A stretch of 64,000 nt of DNA from an uncultured Oscillospiraceae bacterium (GTDB lineage Bacteria > Bacillota > Clostridia > Oscillospirales > Oscillospiraceae): contig CATLFX010000008.1 in assembly GCA_949935795.1 (NCBI GenBank), positions 8,014 to 72,013 on the forward strand, given 5' to 3'. The translations under genes were made by a program, and so were the position numbers. Positions 37,470-46,260 of this stretch are shown piece after piece. Numbering within the stretch: the stretch's first letter is position 1; each line of letters opens with the position of its first letter. The notes below the pieces were generated by a model. It did not search any database. It saw only the letters and a list, made by a program, of their open reading frames with translations, and had not been told where the DNA came from.

Positions 37470-38848
37470 CGCCAGAACTCAGACGGGCCGCGATGGACAA
37501 ACCGCCCGCGCCCAGGAGCAATGACCTGCCCGGCTTCCACGGCGATTTCGCCGGACAGCAGGACAGCCTCCACCCTGCCCCTGGTCTCAAAGCCCTCGTA
37601 GGGGGTGTAGTCCACCGCCTGGTGCTGGCCAGCGGCGGTAATACGCCCCGTATATTCCGGGTCAAATATCACAATATCGGCGTCGCTCCCCACCGCCAGC
37701 GCCCCCTTTTGGGGGTACATCCCAAACAGCTTGGCAGGCTGTTCCGACAGCAGCTTCATCATCTGGTGGGCGGTGAGCCGCCCCGCCGCCACTCCGGCGG
37801 TGTACAGCAGGACGGGCCGGTGCTCCACGCCGGGGATGCCGTTGGGAATCTGGGAAAAGTCCTCCCGGCCCAGCTCCTTCACCCCGTGGAAGTGGAAGGA
37901 GCAGTGGTCGGTGCCGATGGTGTCAATCTCTCCGGCCTCCAGCCCCGCCCACAGGGCCGCCTGGTCCTCCACCCCCCGCAGGGGCGGGGAGAGAACAAAT
38001 TTCGCGCTCTCAAAACCGGGAAGCTGATATTTTCTGTCGTCCAGCAGCAGGTACTGGGGGCAGGTCTCCACATACGCCGCCTGTCCCCGCTCCCGGGCCA
38101 TGCGGACCAGCTCCAGCCCCCGCCTGGTGGACAGATGGACGATGTTCACCGGATACCCCGCCAGCTCGCCAATGGTCAGCCAGCGGTTGACGGCCTCCGC
38201 CTCCACCAACCCCGGGCGGGAGAGGGGGTGGGCGGCGGGTCCCAGGTTTCCCGCCGCCTTTTGCGCGGCGATGCCCGCCGATACCAAATCGCCGTTTTCG
38301 CAGTGGCAGCCCACGATACCGCCCCGCTCTCCCACGGCCCGGACCACCTCCAGCGCCGTGCCGTCGGACACCCGCAGGTTGTCGTAGGCGAAATAGACCT
38401 TGTAGGAGGTCACTCCAGCCCGGTCCATGTCTGCCAGCTCCCTTTGAATGGCGGGATTCCAGTCTTTGATGGTCATATGGAACCCGTAGTGGCAGGAGGC
38501 AATACCATCGGCCCGGCTATGCCACACGTCCAGCGCGGAGGCCAGGGAAGCCCCCCGCTCCGGCTCGGCGAAATCCAGCACAGTGGTGGTGCCACCCGCC
38601 AGCGCTGCCAGGGTGCCGGAGGCCCAGCCGTCCGCCGTCTCCCGGGGCGTACCCTTGTTCATCTCGAAGTGGGTGTGGGTGTCGATGAAGCCGGGGAACA
38701 CCAGCTTGCCCGCCGCGTCCAGCACCCGGCTGTCCCCCGCGGGGAGGTCGGGGCCGATCTCCACGATTTTCTCCCCCTCCACCCGCAGGCCAGCTTTGAC
38801 GGGGCCCTCCGGGCAGACCAAGGTGCCGTTTTGGATCAGAACGGACAT
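37466..38848 (-). CDS. hydA: Dihydropyrimidinase/hydantoinase (HyuA-like)
   Basis: PGFIDTHTH, AGGTTT, SYKVY, HCENG, VHLS, ETCPQYL, TDHCSF, IPNGIPGVE. Confidence 0.9.
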   Translation of the reverse strand: MSVLIQNGTLVCPEGPVKAGLRVEGEKIVEIGPDLPAGDSRVLDAAGKLVFPGFIDTHTHFEMNKGTPRETADGWASGTLAALAGGTTTVLDFAEPERGASLASALDVWHSRADGIASCHYGFHMTIKDWNPAIQRELADMDRAGVTSYKVYFAYDNLRVSDGTALEVVRAVGERGGIVGCHCENGDLVSAGIAAQKAAGNLGPAAHPLSRPGLVEAEAVNRWLTIGELAGYPVNIVHLSTRRGLELVRMARERGQAAYVETCPQYLLLDDRKYQLPGFESAKFVLSPPLRGVEDQAALWAGLEAGEIDTIGTDHCSFHFHGVKELGREDFSQIPNGIPGVEHRPVLLYTAGVAAGRLTAHQMMKLLSEQPAKLFGMYPQKGALAVGSDADIVIFDPEYTGRITAAGQHQAVDYTPYEGFETRGRVEAVLLSGEIAVEAGQVIAPGRGRFVHRGPSEFWR

Positions 38849-39031
38849 AGTAATTCCTCCTTCCTCCGGGGCTCCGCCCCGGGTCTCGTCTTCGACTCGG
38901 TCAGCGATAAACGAGCGCCACCGGCGCTCATCGCCCCCGCCCGCTTTTTTAAAAAAGCGGGGCAAAAAGCTTTAGACGCGAAACTGTATTCCACTTGTTT
39001 TTAGGCTTTTAGACAGCCCAGGGTCCGAAAC

Positions 39032-39095
39032 AAGCAAAGCGCAGCTTTGCGTTAAAGTTCTTTTTCGGTTCCTTTTTCTTTCAAGAAAAAGGAAC
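39032..39095 (+). repeat. Dispersed two-hairpin repeat, copy A
   Basis: AAGCAAAGCGCAGCTTTGC-GTTAAAGTTCTTTTTCG-GTTCCTTTTTCTTTCAAGAAAAAGGAAC; related copies at 40106 and 42981. Confidence 0.85.
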
Positions 39096-39099
39096 AAAG

Positions 39100-40041
39100 C
39101 TACTGCCGGATGACGGTGCCGGTCCTGCCCGCCACGCCGTCCCGGGCCTTCTCCAGCAGGGTGATGAGGGCGGACCGTCCGGGGGCGGACCGGGCGAACT
39201 CCACCGCCGCCTGGACCTTGGGCAGCATGGAGCCGGGGGCAAAGTGGCCCTCCGCCATGTATCCCTCCGCCTCTTCCGGAGTGAGGGCGTCCAACCATTT
39301 CTGGTTGGGTTTGCCGAAGTTGACGGCGGCCTTCTCCACGGCGGTGAGGATGATGAGGGTGTCGGCCTCCAGCTGCTGGGCCAGGACGCAGGAGGCGAAA
39401 TCCTTGTCAATGACCGCCGCCGCGCCCTTGAGATGGTGGCCCTCTGTGGTGTAGACGGGGATGCCGCCGCCGCCGCAGGCCACCACCACCAGCCCGGCCT
39501 CCACCATGTCCCGGATGGACTCGATCTCCACGATGGACTGGGGGCGGGGGGAGGCCACCACCCGGCGGTAGCCCCGCCCGGCGTCCTCAATGACCTGGTA
39601 GTCCCGCTCGGCCACCAGCCTGTCGGCCTCTTCCTTGGTCATGAAGGCCCCGATGGGCTTGGTGGGGTTGGCAAAGGCCGGGTCCTGGGGGTCCACCTCC
39701 ACCTGGGTGAGGACGGTGGCCACACCTTTCTGGATGCCCCGGTCCAGCAGCTCCTCCCGCAGGGCGTTTTGCAGGTCATAGCCGATATAGCCCTGGCTCA
39801 TGGCCACGCACACGGACAGGGGGCAGGGGATGTATTTCTCCGGCTCGGACCGGGTGAGCTCCGCCATAGCCTTCTGGATCATGCCCACCTGGGGGCCGTT
39901 GCCGTGGGAGAGAATCACCTGGTGGCCGTCCTCGATGAGGTCGGCGATGGCCCTGGCTGTCTGCTTCACAGCCAGCATCTGTTCAGGGAGGTTATTCCCC
40001 AGCGCGTTGCCGCCCAGGGCGATGACGATGCGCTTTCCCAT
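39100..40041 (-). CDS. arcC: Carbamate kinase (YqeA-like)
   Basis: ALGGNAL, HGNGPQVG, PTKPIG, GYRRVVASP, GGGGIPV, AVIDKD, GSMLPKV. Confidence 0.95.
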   Translation of the reverse strand: MGKRIVIALGGNALGNNLPEQMLAVKQTARAIADLIEDGHQVILSHGNGPQVGMIQKAMAELTRSEPEKYIPCPLSVCVAMSQGYIGYDLQNALREELLDRGIQKGVATVLTQVEVDPQDPAFANPTKPIGAFMTKEEADRLVAERDYQVIEDAGRGYRRVVASPRPQSIVEIESIRDMVEAGLVVVACGGGGIPVYTTEGHHLKGAAAVIDKDFASCVLAQQLEADTLIILTAVEKAAVNFGKPNQKWLDALTPEEAEGYMAEGHFAPGSMLPKVQAAVEFARSAPGRSALITLLEKARDGVAGRTGTVIRQ

Positions 40042-40105
40042 TTATATTACCTCCAAATCATTTAAAATACAAGACAGGCCCGCCCTTCCCGGACGGGCCT
40101 GGTTC

Positions 40106-40171
40106 GTTCCTTTTCTTTGAAAAGAAAAGGAACCGAAAAGAAACTTTTAGCAGCGAAACTTCGTTTCGCTT
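40106..40171 (-). repeat. Dispersed two-hairpin repeat, copy B (inverted)
   Basis: GTTCCTTTTCTTTGAAAAGAAAAGGAACCGAAAAGAAACTTTTAGCAGCGAAACTTCGTTTCGCTT, the reverse complement of the copy C pattern. Confidence 0.85.
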
Positions 40172-40233
40172 TATCATATCGCAAAATGTGCGTTACCGGG
40201 CGAAAATCTTCCGTCAAGCACTCTAACCGCAGC

Positions 40234-41436
40234 TTACCTCTGGAACCACCGGGCAGCGCCCCGCTCCTCCAGGGCCTTGAGGGTGGCCTGGGGGTCCTTC
40301 ACCTTGGCCAGGAAAATCATGGCGGCGATGATATAGGGTTTGAAACTGGCCTCCTTGTACAGGGGGGTGCGGTAGCGGTCGAACACGCTGGCCTCCACCT
40401 CGCCGTCCACGCAGGACACGTCGTTGATGTCGGCGGGCAGGCAGTGCAGGTACAGGGCCTTGCCGTCCCTGGTGGTCTTCATCAGCTCCTCGGTGCAACA
40501 CCAGTCCTTGTGCTGGGCATTCTGGGCCAGCAGCTCCTTCTCCAGGGCCTTGATGCCGTCGCTGTCGCCCTGGGCGTACAGGTCGGTACGCTTCTCCATG
40601 GCGGCAAAGGGAGCCCAGCTCTTGGGGTAGACGATGTCGGCGTCCTTGAAGGCCTCGGCCATGGAGTGGGTTTTGGTGAAGGTGCCGCCGGTGGCCGCGG
40701 CGTTCTTTTTCGCCACCTCTTCCACCTCGGGCATGACCTCGTAGCCCTCGGGGTGGGCCAGAACCACGTCCATGCCGAACCGGGTCATGAGGCCGATAAC
40801 GCCCTGGGGCACGGACAGGGGCTTGCCGTAGCTAGGGGAATAGGCCCAGGTCATGGCCACCTTCTTACCCTTCAGGTTTTCCACGCCGCCGAACTCGTGG
40901 ATGATGTGGAGCATATCCGCCATGCACTGGGTGGGGTGGTCGATGTCGCACTGGAGGTTCACCAGGGTGGGCTTCTGCTCCAGCACGCCGTCCTTGTGGC
41001 CCTGAGTGACGGCCTCCACCACTTCCTTCTGGTAGGTGTGGCCCTTGCCGATGTACATGTCGTCCCGGATGCCGATGACGTCGGCCATGAAGGAGATCAT
41101 GTTGGCGGTCTCCCGGACGGTCTCGCCGTGGGCGATCTGGCTCTTGCCCTCGTCCAGGTCCTGGACCTCCAGGCCCAGCAGGTTGCAGGCGGAGGCGAAG
41201 GAGAACCGGGTTCTGGTGGAGTTGTCCCGGAACAGGGAGATGCCCAGGCCGGACTCAAAGATTTTGGTGGAGATGTTGTTCTCCCGCATGTAGCGCAGGG
41301 CGTCGGCCACGGTGAACACGGCCTCGATCTCGTCGTCGGTCTTGTCCCAGGTGAGGAAGAAGTCGTTCTCGTACATCTCCTTGAAGTTGAGGGAGTTCAG
41401 CTTGTCGATATATTTTTGCAGGGTGGCGTCCATCAT
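40234..41436 (-). CDS. ygeW: Knotted carbamoyltransferase YgeW
   Basis: FRDNSTRTRFSF, NLQCDIDHPTQ, WAYSPSYGKPLSVPQG, YLHCLPAD. Confidence 0.95.
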   Translation of the reverse strand: MMDATLQKYIDKLNSLNFKEMYENDFFLTWDKTDDEIEAVFTVADALRYMRENNISTKIFESGLGISLFRDNSTRTRFSFASACNLLGLEVQDLDEGKSQIAHGETVRETANMISFMADVIGIRDDMYIGKGHTYQKEVVEAVTQGHKDGVLEQKPTLVNLQCDIDHPTQCMADMLHIIHEFGGVENLKGKKVAMTWAYSPSYGKPLSVPQGVIGLMTRFGMDVVLAHPEGYEVMPEVEEVAKKNAAATGGTFTKTHSMAEAFKDADIVYPKSWAPFAAMEKRTDLYAQGDSDGIKALEKELLAQNAQHKDWCCTEELMKTTRDGKALYLHCLPADINDVSCVDGEVEASVFDRYRTPLYKEASFKPYIIAAMIFLAKVKDPQATLKALEERGAARWFQR

Positions 41437-41458
41437 GGTATTCTCCTTTTCATTTTTT

Positions 41459-41532
41459 GTAGGGGCGGATATCATCCGCCCGTGTTAAATTTGATTGTTC
41501 ACCGGGCAGGGGCGGATGATATCCGCCCCTGC
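41459..41532. repeat. Inverted doublet of GTAG-family REP-like sequences
   Basis: GTAGGGGCGGATATCATCCGCCC (41459-41481) and an inverted copy with one mismatch (41510-41532). Confidence 0.75.
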
Positions 41533-41538
41533 AGGCCA

Positions 41539-42948
41539 TTATTGAATGTTATTATCCGTTTTGCCCGCCCGGAACTGGGTCACGTCGGCGGTCTTGTTCT
41601 CCTCCCTGTACAGCCCCGGGACGGCGGCGTACAGGGCGGCGCAGCGGACCAGATCGTCCTTCCAGGTGATCTCGTTGGGGGCGTGGGCCTGGCTCTCCGC
41701 GCCGGGGCCGAAGCCCACGCAGGGGATGCCGTACCGGCCCTGGATAGCCACGCCGTTGGTGGAGAAGGTCCACTTGTCGGTCAGCGGGCGCTGGCGCAGG
41801 TGCATGGCGTCACGGGCGGGGTCGGAATCGCTGTGGCCCAGGCGCTTGTCGCCGAACAGGGCGTGGTGGGCGTCCACCAGGGCCTGGACGTGGGCGGCGC
41901 TCTCCTTGTTGATCCAGGTGGGGAAATAGGCCTCGGTTTCGTAGACCGTGCCGGTCCAGGCAGGCCGGTCGTACATATACATGGACACCTTCACGTCGTC
42001 CCCGTACTTCTGCACGGCGGGCAGGTCCCGGATCTCCTGGAGGCAGGAGTCCCAGGTCTCCCCGGCGGTCATGCGCCGGTCGATGGAGATGGAGCAGGAG
42101 TCGGCCACGGCGCAGCGGCTGGGGGAGGTGTAGAAAATCTGGGAGGTGGTGCAGGTGCCTCGGCCCAGGAAGCGGGCGTCCTCGTAGTGGTCGGGATTGA
42201 ACTTGGGGTCCAGCATCTTCACCAGGCCCTTGACCTCCACCGTGTCGTCGGCGGGGTTTTCGTTCAGCGCCCGCACGTCCTGGAGGATGTCGGCCATCTT
42301 ATAGATGGCGTTGTCGCCCCGCTCGGGGGCGGAGCCGTGGCAACTGACGCCCTTCACGTCCACCCGGATCTCCATGCGGCCCCGGTGGCCCCGGTAGATG
42401 CCGCCGTCGGTGGGCTCGGTGGAGATGACGAATTCCACCTGCTCCTTCTTGATGCCCTTTTCCGGGAAGAACTTGTTGACGATGTACTGCCAGCACATCC
42501 CGTCGCAGTCCTCCTCCTGGACGGAGCCCACCACCATGATTTTGTAACCCTCGGGGATCAGGCCCAGGTTCTTCATGATCTTGGCGCCGTACACGGCGGA
42601 GGCCATGCCGCCCTCCTGGTCGGAGCCGCCCCGGCCGTAGATGATGGCGTCGTCCTCCCAGCCCTCATAGGGGTCGGCGGTCCAGTTGTCCCGGTTGCCG
42701 ATGCCCACGGTGTCGATGTGGGAGTCGATGGCGATGATCTTGTCGCCCTGGCCCATCCAGCCGATGATGTTGCCCAGGCCGTCCACCTCCACCTCGTCGA
42801 AGTTCAGCTTCTCCATCTCGGCCTTGATGCAGGCCACAACCTCTTTCTCCTCGCAGCTCTCGCTGGGGTGGGAGATCATGGCCCGCAGGAAGGCGCTCAT
42901 ATCCTTGCGGTAACCCTCGGATGCTTTTTTAATCTGTTCAAAATCCAT
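41539..42948 (-). CDS. ygeY: YgeY family M20 hydrolase
   Basis: [52 protein letters not shown]. Confidence 0.93.
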   Translation of the reverse strand: MDFEQIKKASEGYRKDMSAFLRAMISHPSESCEEKEVVACIKAEMEKLNFDEVEVDGLGNIIGWMGQGDKIIAIDSHIDTVGIGNRDNWTADPYEGWEDDAIIYGRGGSDQEGGMASAVYGAKIMKNLGLIPEGYKIMVVGSVQEEDCDGMCWQYIVNKFFPEKGIKKEQVEFVISTEPTDGGIYRGHRGRMEIRVDVKGVSCHGSAPERGDNAIYKMADILQDVRALNENPADDTVEVKGLVKMLDPKFNPDHYEDARFLGRGTCTTSQIFYTSPSRCAVADSCSISIDRRMTAGETWDSCLQEIRDLPAVQKYGDDVKVSMYMYDRPAWTGTVYETEAYFPTWINKESAAHVQALVDAHHALFGDKRLGHSDSDPARDAMHLRQRPLTDKWTFSTNGVAIQGRYGIPCVGFGPGAESQAHAPNEITWKDDLVRCAALYAAVPGLYREENKTADVTQFRAGKTDNNIQ

Positions 42949-42980
42949 GGTTCTGCTCCTCCTTAAAATATTTGATCGAA

Positions 42981-43041
42981 AAGCGAAACGAAGTTTCGCG
43001 CCAAAGTTCTTTTCGGTTCCTTTTCTTTCAAGAAAAGGAAC
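42981..43041 (+). repeat. Dispersed two-hairpin repeat, copy C
   Basis: AAGCGAAACGAAGTTTCGC-GCCAAAGTTCTTTTCG-GTTCCTTTTCTTTCAAGAAAAGGAAC. Confidence 0.85.
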
Positions 43042-43045
43042 GACC

Positions 43046-44257
43046 TTAGCTCTCGTATTTCCCGTTCCAGACGATCTCCCGGTACTTGTCCGGGTCGGTG
43101 TCCCCCTCGGTGGAGAACATCAGCACCCGGCTGTCCCGGCCCAGCTCCAGGGCCTCCCGCAGGTCCTTGTAAGTATCGTTCTCCATGATGGCGGAGATGA
43201 CGCCCATGCCCACGGCCCCGGACTCGCCGGAGCACACCGCCGGATCGCCCTTGACGGGGGCGGCCAGCATCCGCATTCCCTTGGCGGAGACCCAGTCGGG
43301 GCAGGAGAGGAAAGCGGTGACGTGGTTGCGCAGGATGTCCCAGGAGATGGTGTTGGGCTCGCCGCAGGCCAGACCCGCCATGATGGTCTGGAGGTCGCCG
43401 CCCACGATGCGGGGCTTGCCGTCCCCCGCCGCAGCCCCCTGGTAGAGGCAGTCGGCGATCTGAGCCTCCATGACGATGAACTTGGGCGGGTCGGTGGGGA
43501 AGCGGTTGGCGAAGTAACCCACCACCGCCCCGGCCAGGGACCCCACCCCGGCCTGGACAAACACATGGGTGGGCCGTCCGATCTCCTGCTGGCGCAGCTG
43601 CTCAGCGGCCTCTCCGGCCATGGTGCCGTAGCCCTGCATGATCCAGGCGGGGATCTCCTCGTAGCCCTCCCAGGCGGTGTCCTGGACCACCACGCCGTGC
43701 TCCGTCTGGGCCGCCTCGGCGGCGGCCATGCGGACGCAGTCGTCGTAGTTGACCTCCTCGATGGTGACCTGGGCACCCTCCCTGGCGATGTTGTCAAAGC
43801 GGGACTTGGCGCTGCCCTTGGGCATGTGGACCACCGCCTTCTGGCCCAGCTTGTTGGCGGCCCAGGCCACTCCCCGGCCATGGTTGCCGTCGGTGGCGGT
43901 GAAGAAGGTGGCCTGGCCGAACTCCTCCCGCAGCTTGTCGCTGGTGAGGTAGCCGTAGGTCATTTCGGACACGTCACGGCCCAGCTCCTGGGCGATGTAC
44001 CGGCCCATGGCGAAGGAGCCGCCCAGCACCTTGAAGGCGTTGAGGCCGAAGCGGTAGGACTCGTCCTTCACGCACAGGGAGCCCAGCCCCAGGCGGTCCG
44101 CCATGCCGTCCAGCCGGGCCAGGGGAGTGACGGCGTACTGCGGGAAGGAGCGGTGGAAAGCCTGAGCCTTGGCCACGTTCCCCGTGGACATGACCTCCAG
44201 GTGCCGGTCGTCGCTGGCAGGCATCCGGTTCAGGACCCATTTGATCGGCTGGTTCAT
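43046..44257 (-). CDS. dpaL: Diaminopropionate ammonia-lyase (YgeX)
   Basis: [62 protein letters not shown]. Confidence 0.95.
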   Translation of the reverse strand: MNQPIKWVLNRMPASDDRHLEVMSTGNVAKAQAFHRSFPQYAVTPLARLDGMADRLGLGSLCVKDESYRFGLNAFKVLGGSFAMGRYIAQELGRDVSEMTYGYLTSDKLREEFGQATFFTATDGNHGRGVAWAANKLGQKAVVHMPKGSAKSRFDNIAREGAQVTIEEVNYDDCVRMAAAEAAQTEHGVVVQDTAWEGYEEIPAWIMQGYGTMAGEAAEQLRQQEIGRPTHVFVQAGVGSLAGAVVGYFANRFPTDPPKFIVMEAQIADCLYQGAAAGDGKPRIVGGDLQTIMAGLACGEPNTISWDILRNHVTAFLSCPDWVSAKGMRMLAAPVKGDPAVCSGESGAVGMGVISAIMENDTYKDLREALELGRDSRVLMFSTEGDTDPDKYREIVWNGKYES

Positions 44258-44313
44258 GAACAAGCGACCTCCTAAATAATATTCAGTGTGGCTAACTTTT
44301 TATTTGCATCTTA

Positions 44314-44341
44314 ATCATACCACGTCCAGCCCAATTGTCAA
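44314..44341 (-). promoter_or_regulatory. Promoter of the dpaL-ygeY-ygeW-arcC-hydA-mocA operon
   Basis: Minus strand TTGACA-16-TATGAT with TG extension, downstream of a terminator. Confidence 0.65.
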
Positions 44342-44422
44342 GAGAAATCTAAAAGTTTTTTAGCCCATCTGAAAAAACGTCATACTGCCCAAATTGGGCC
44401 CGCCGTTTTTGCCGGACGATAC

Positions 44423-44452
44423 AAAACCGCCCCGGCGCTCCGGGGCGGTTTT
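44423..44452 (-). terminator. Terminator after the ABC ATPase gene
   Basis: AAAACCGCCCCGG-CGCT-CCGGGGCGGTTTT inverted repeat. Confidence 0.75.
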
Positions 44453-44460
44453 GGCCTCCT

Positions 44461-45246
44461 CTATTTCTCCTCATGGTCCCAGCCCAGGGCCAGCCTCCCC
44501 TCCCGGAAGTCCGCCCGGAGGCCGGGCCCGTAGATGGTCCCCAGGGCCTGGGCCAGCCGGTCCTCATAGTCCGGCTCTCCCCGGGAGGCGTCCAGCAGCA
44601 CCCGGCCCTGGTGCAGGAACAAAATACGCTGGGCGTAGGCGTAGGCCAGCTCCGGGGCGTGGATGGTCACCAGACAGCCCGCCCGGCGCTCCTCCACATA
44701 CCGGCCCAGGCGGCGGAGAAACAGGTGCTGCCGGGACAAATCCAGGGAGGACACCGGCTCGTCCAGCAGCAGGCATCCGGCGTCCTGCATCATGGCCCGG
44801 GCCAAGTAGGCCATCCGCTGCTCCCCGCCGCTGAGCCGGTCCATGGGCCGTCCGATGAGATGGCCGCAGTCCAGTCCCCGCAGCAGCTCCTCCGCACGGG
44901 CCAGCTCCCTGCGCCCCGGCTGGGAGAAGGCCCCCAGATAGGCGGTGGCCCCCATGGACACAAAGTCCTCCGCCCGGTAGCGGAAGCCCCCGTCGTACCG
45001 CTGGGGGACGTAGGCCAGCTTTTTTGCCCGGTCCGCCGGGGACAGCCTGTCCAGCGGCTGTCCGTCCGCCGTGATCTCCCCCGCCCGCCGGGGGAGAAAG
45101 CCCAAAATCGCTTTTAACAGGGTGGTCTTCCCCGCCCCGTTCAGCCCCAGCACCGCCGTCACCTGGCCGGGCTCCAGGGCAAAGCCCACATCCTCCAGCA
45201 CCGGGCGGCCGCCCCGGTACACCGTCAGATGGTCCACCCTCAGCAT
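44461..45246 (-). CDS. Type II ABC importer ATP-binding protein (FecE/BtuD/MolC class)
   Basis: GLNGAGKTT, AYVPQ, LSGGEQR, LLDEPVSSLD, TIH; real start MLRVDHL at 45246. Confidence 0.88.
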   Translation of the reverse strand: MLRVDHLTVYRGGRPVLEDVGFALEPGQVTAVLGLNGAGKTTLLKAILGFLPRRAGEITADGQPLDRLSPADRAKKLAYVPQRYDGGFRYRAEDFVSMGATAYLGAFSQPGRRELARAEELLRGLDCGHLIGRPMDRLSGGEQRMAYLARAMMQDAGCLLLDEPVSSLDLSRQHLFLRRLGRYVEERRAGCLVTIHAPELAYAYAQRILFLHQGRVLLDASRGEPDYEDRLAQALGTIYGPGLRADFREGRLALGWDHEEK

Positions 45247-46232
45247 GGCCGTTCCCTCCTCTGACGGCGGATGAGGAACAGCGCCAGAAAAACCGCCCCG
45301 ATAAAGGAGGTGAGGATGCTGATGGGGATCTCCGAGGGCAGAAGGCTCCGGGCCAGAGTGTCGGCCAGCAGCAGCAGGGAGGCCCCGCACAGGATGGACT
45401 GGAAAAAGTTGGCCTCGAAGTCGTCCCCCAGCACCGAGCGCACCAGATGGGGCACAATGAGCCCCACCCAGGACACGATGCCGCTCACAGACACGCTGGC
45501 CGCCACCAGCACCGTGGCGCAGCCGACGCAGGCCAGCCGCACCGGGACCACCGCCACCCCCAGGCTGGCGGCCTCCTCGTCCCCCAGGGTGAGCACTTTC
45601 AAGCGGTAGCGCAGCAGGGTGAGCACCGCCCCCGCGGCCAGGATCAGCGGGGCGGCCCCCCGGAGCTTGTCCCAATTGGCCAGGCTGAAGCTGCCCATGA
45701 GCCAGTAGTCGATGACCGCCAGCTCCTGGGTTGGGTCGGCCATGTACTTCAGCGCCATGATGGCGGCGTTGGCCAAGGCCCCCAGGATGATGCCGGACAC
45801 GATGAGGTTGAAATAACGGTTGCCCCCGATGGCCCGGGCCAGCAGCAGGGACAGGGCCACCGTAATGATGCCCCCCGCGAAGGAAAACAGCTGCAGGACC
45901 GCCACGGACCCGCCGCAGAACAGGATGGCGCAGATGGCCCCCACCGAGGCCCCGCCGCTCACCCCCAGCACGTCCGGGGACACCAGGGGGTTGCGGAACA
46001 GCCCCTGGTAGGCGAACCCCGCCAGGGACAACGCCCCGCCGCACAGAGCGGTGACGCAGGTCCGGGCCACCCGGATGTTCCAGAACACGTTTTCCTTCAT
46101 GGTCCCCGCCGCCTGGCCGGAGAGAATCTCCCACAGGTCGGAGAGGGTCAGGGGATACCGCCCGCACAGGCAGGACAGCAGAAAGGAGGCCGCCAGCAGG
46201 AACAACAGCCCGAACCATGGGTGTTTTTTCAC
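45240..46232 (-). CDS. FecCD/BtuC family permease
   Basis: QGLFRNPLVSPDVLGVSGGA, WLMGS, LGDEEAASLGV, GIVSWVGLIVPH, EIPISILTS. Confidence 0.92.
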   Translation of the reverse strand: MKKHPWFGLLFLLAASFLLSCLCGRYPLTLSDLWEILSGQAAGTMKENVFWNIRVARTCVTALCGGALSLAGFAYQGLFRNPLVSPDVLGVSGGASVGAICAILFCGGSVAVLQLFSFAGGIITVALSLLLARAIGGNRYFNLIVSGIILGALANAAIMALKYMADPTQELAVIDYWLMGSFSLANWDKLRGAAPLILAAGAVLTLLRYRLKVLTLGDEEAASLGVAVVPVRLACVGCATVLVAASVSVSGIVSWVGLIVPHLVRSVLGDDFEANFFQSILCGASLLLLADTLARSLLPSEIPISILTSFIGAVFLALFLIRRQRRERPC

Positions 46233-46260
46233 TGCCAGCGCCTCCTTTTTGGTCTATGCG

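Noticed and set aside
44461-46218. 585-aa ORF suggesting a fused or extended ABC ATPase
   Set aside because: The extension overlaps the permease out of frame; the real start is ATG 45246 after AGAGGAGG.
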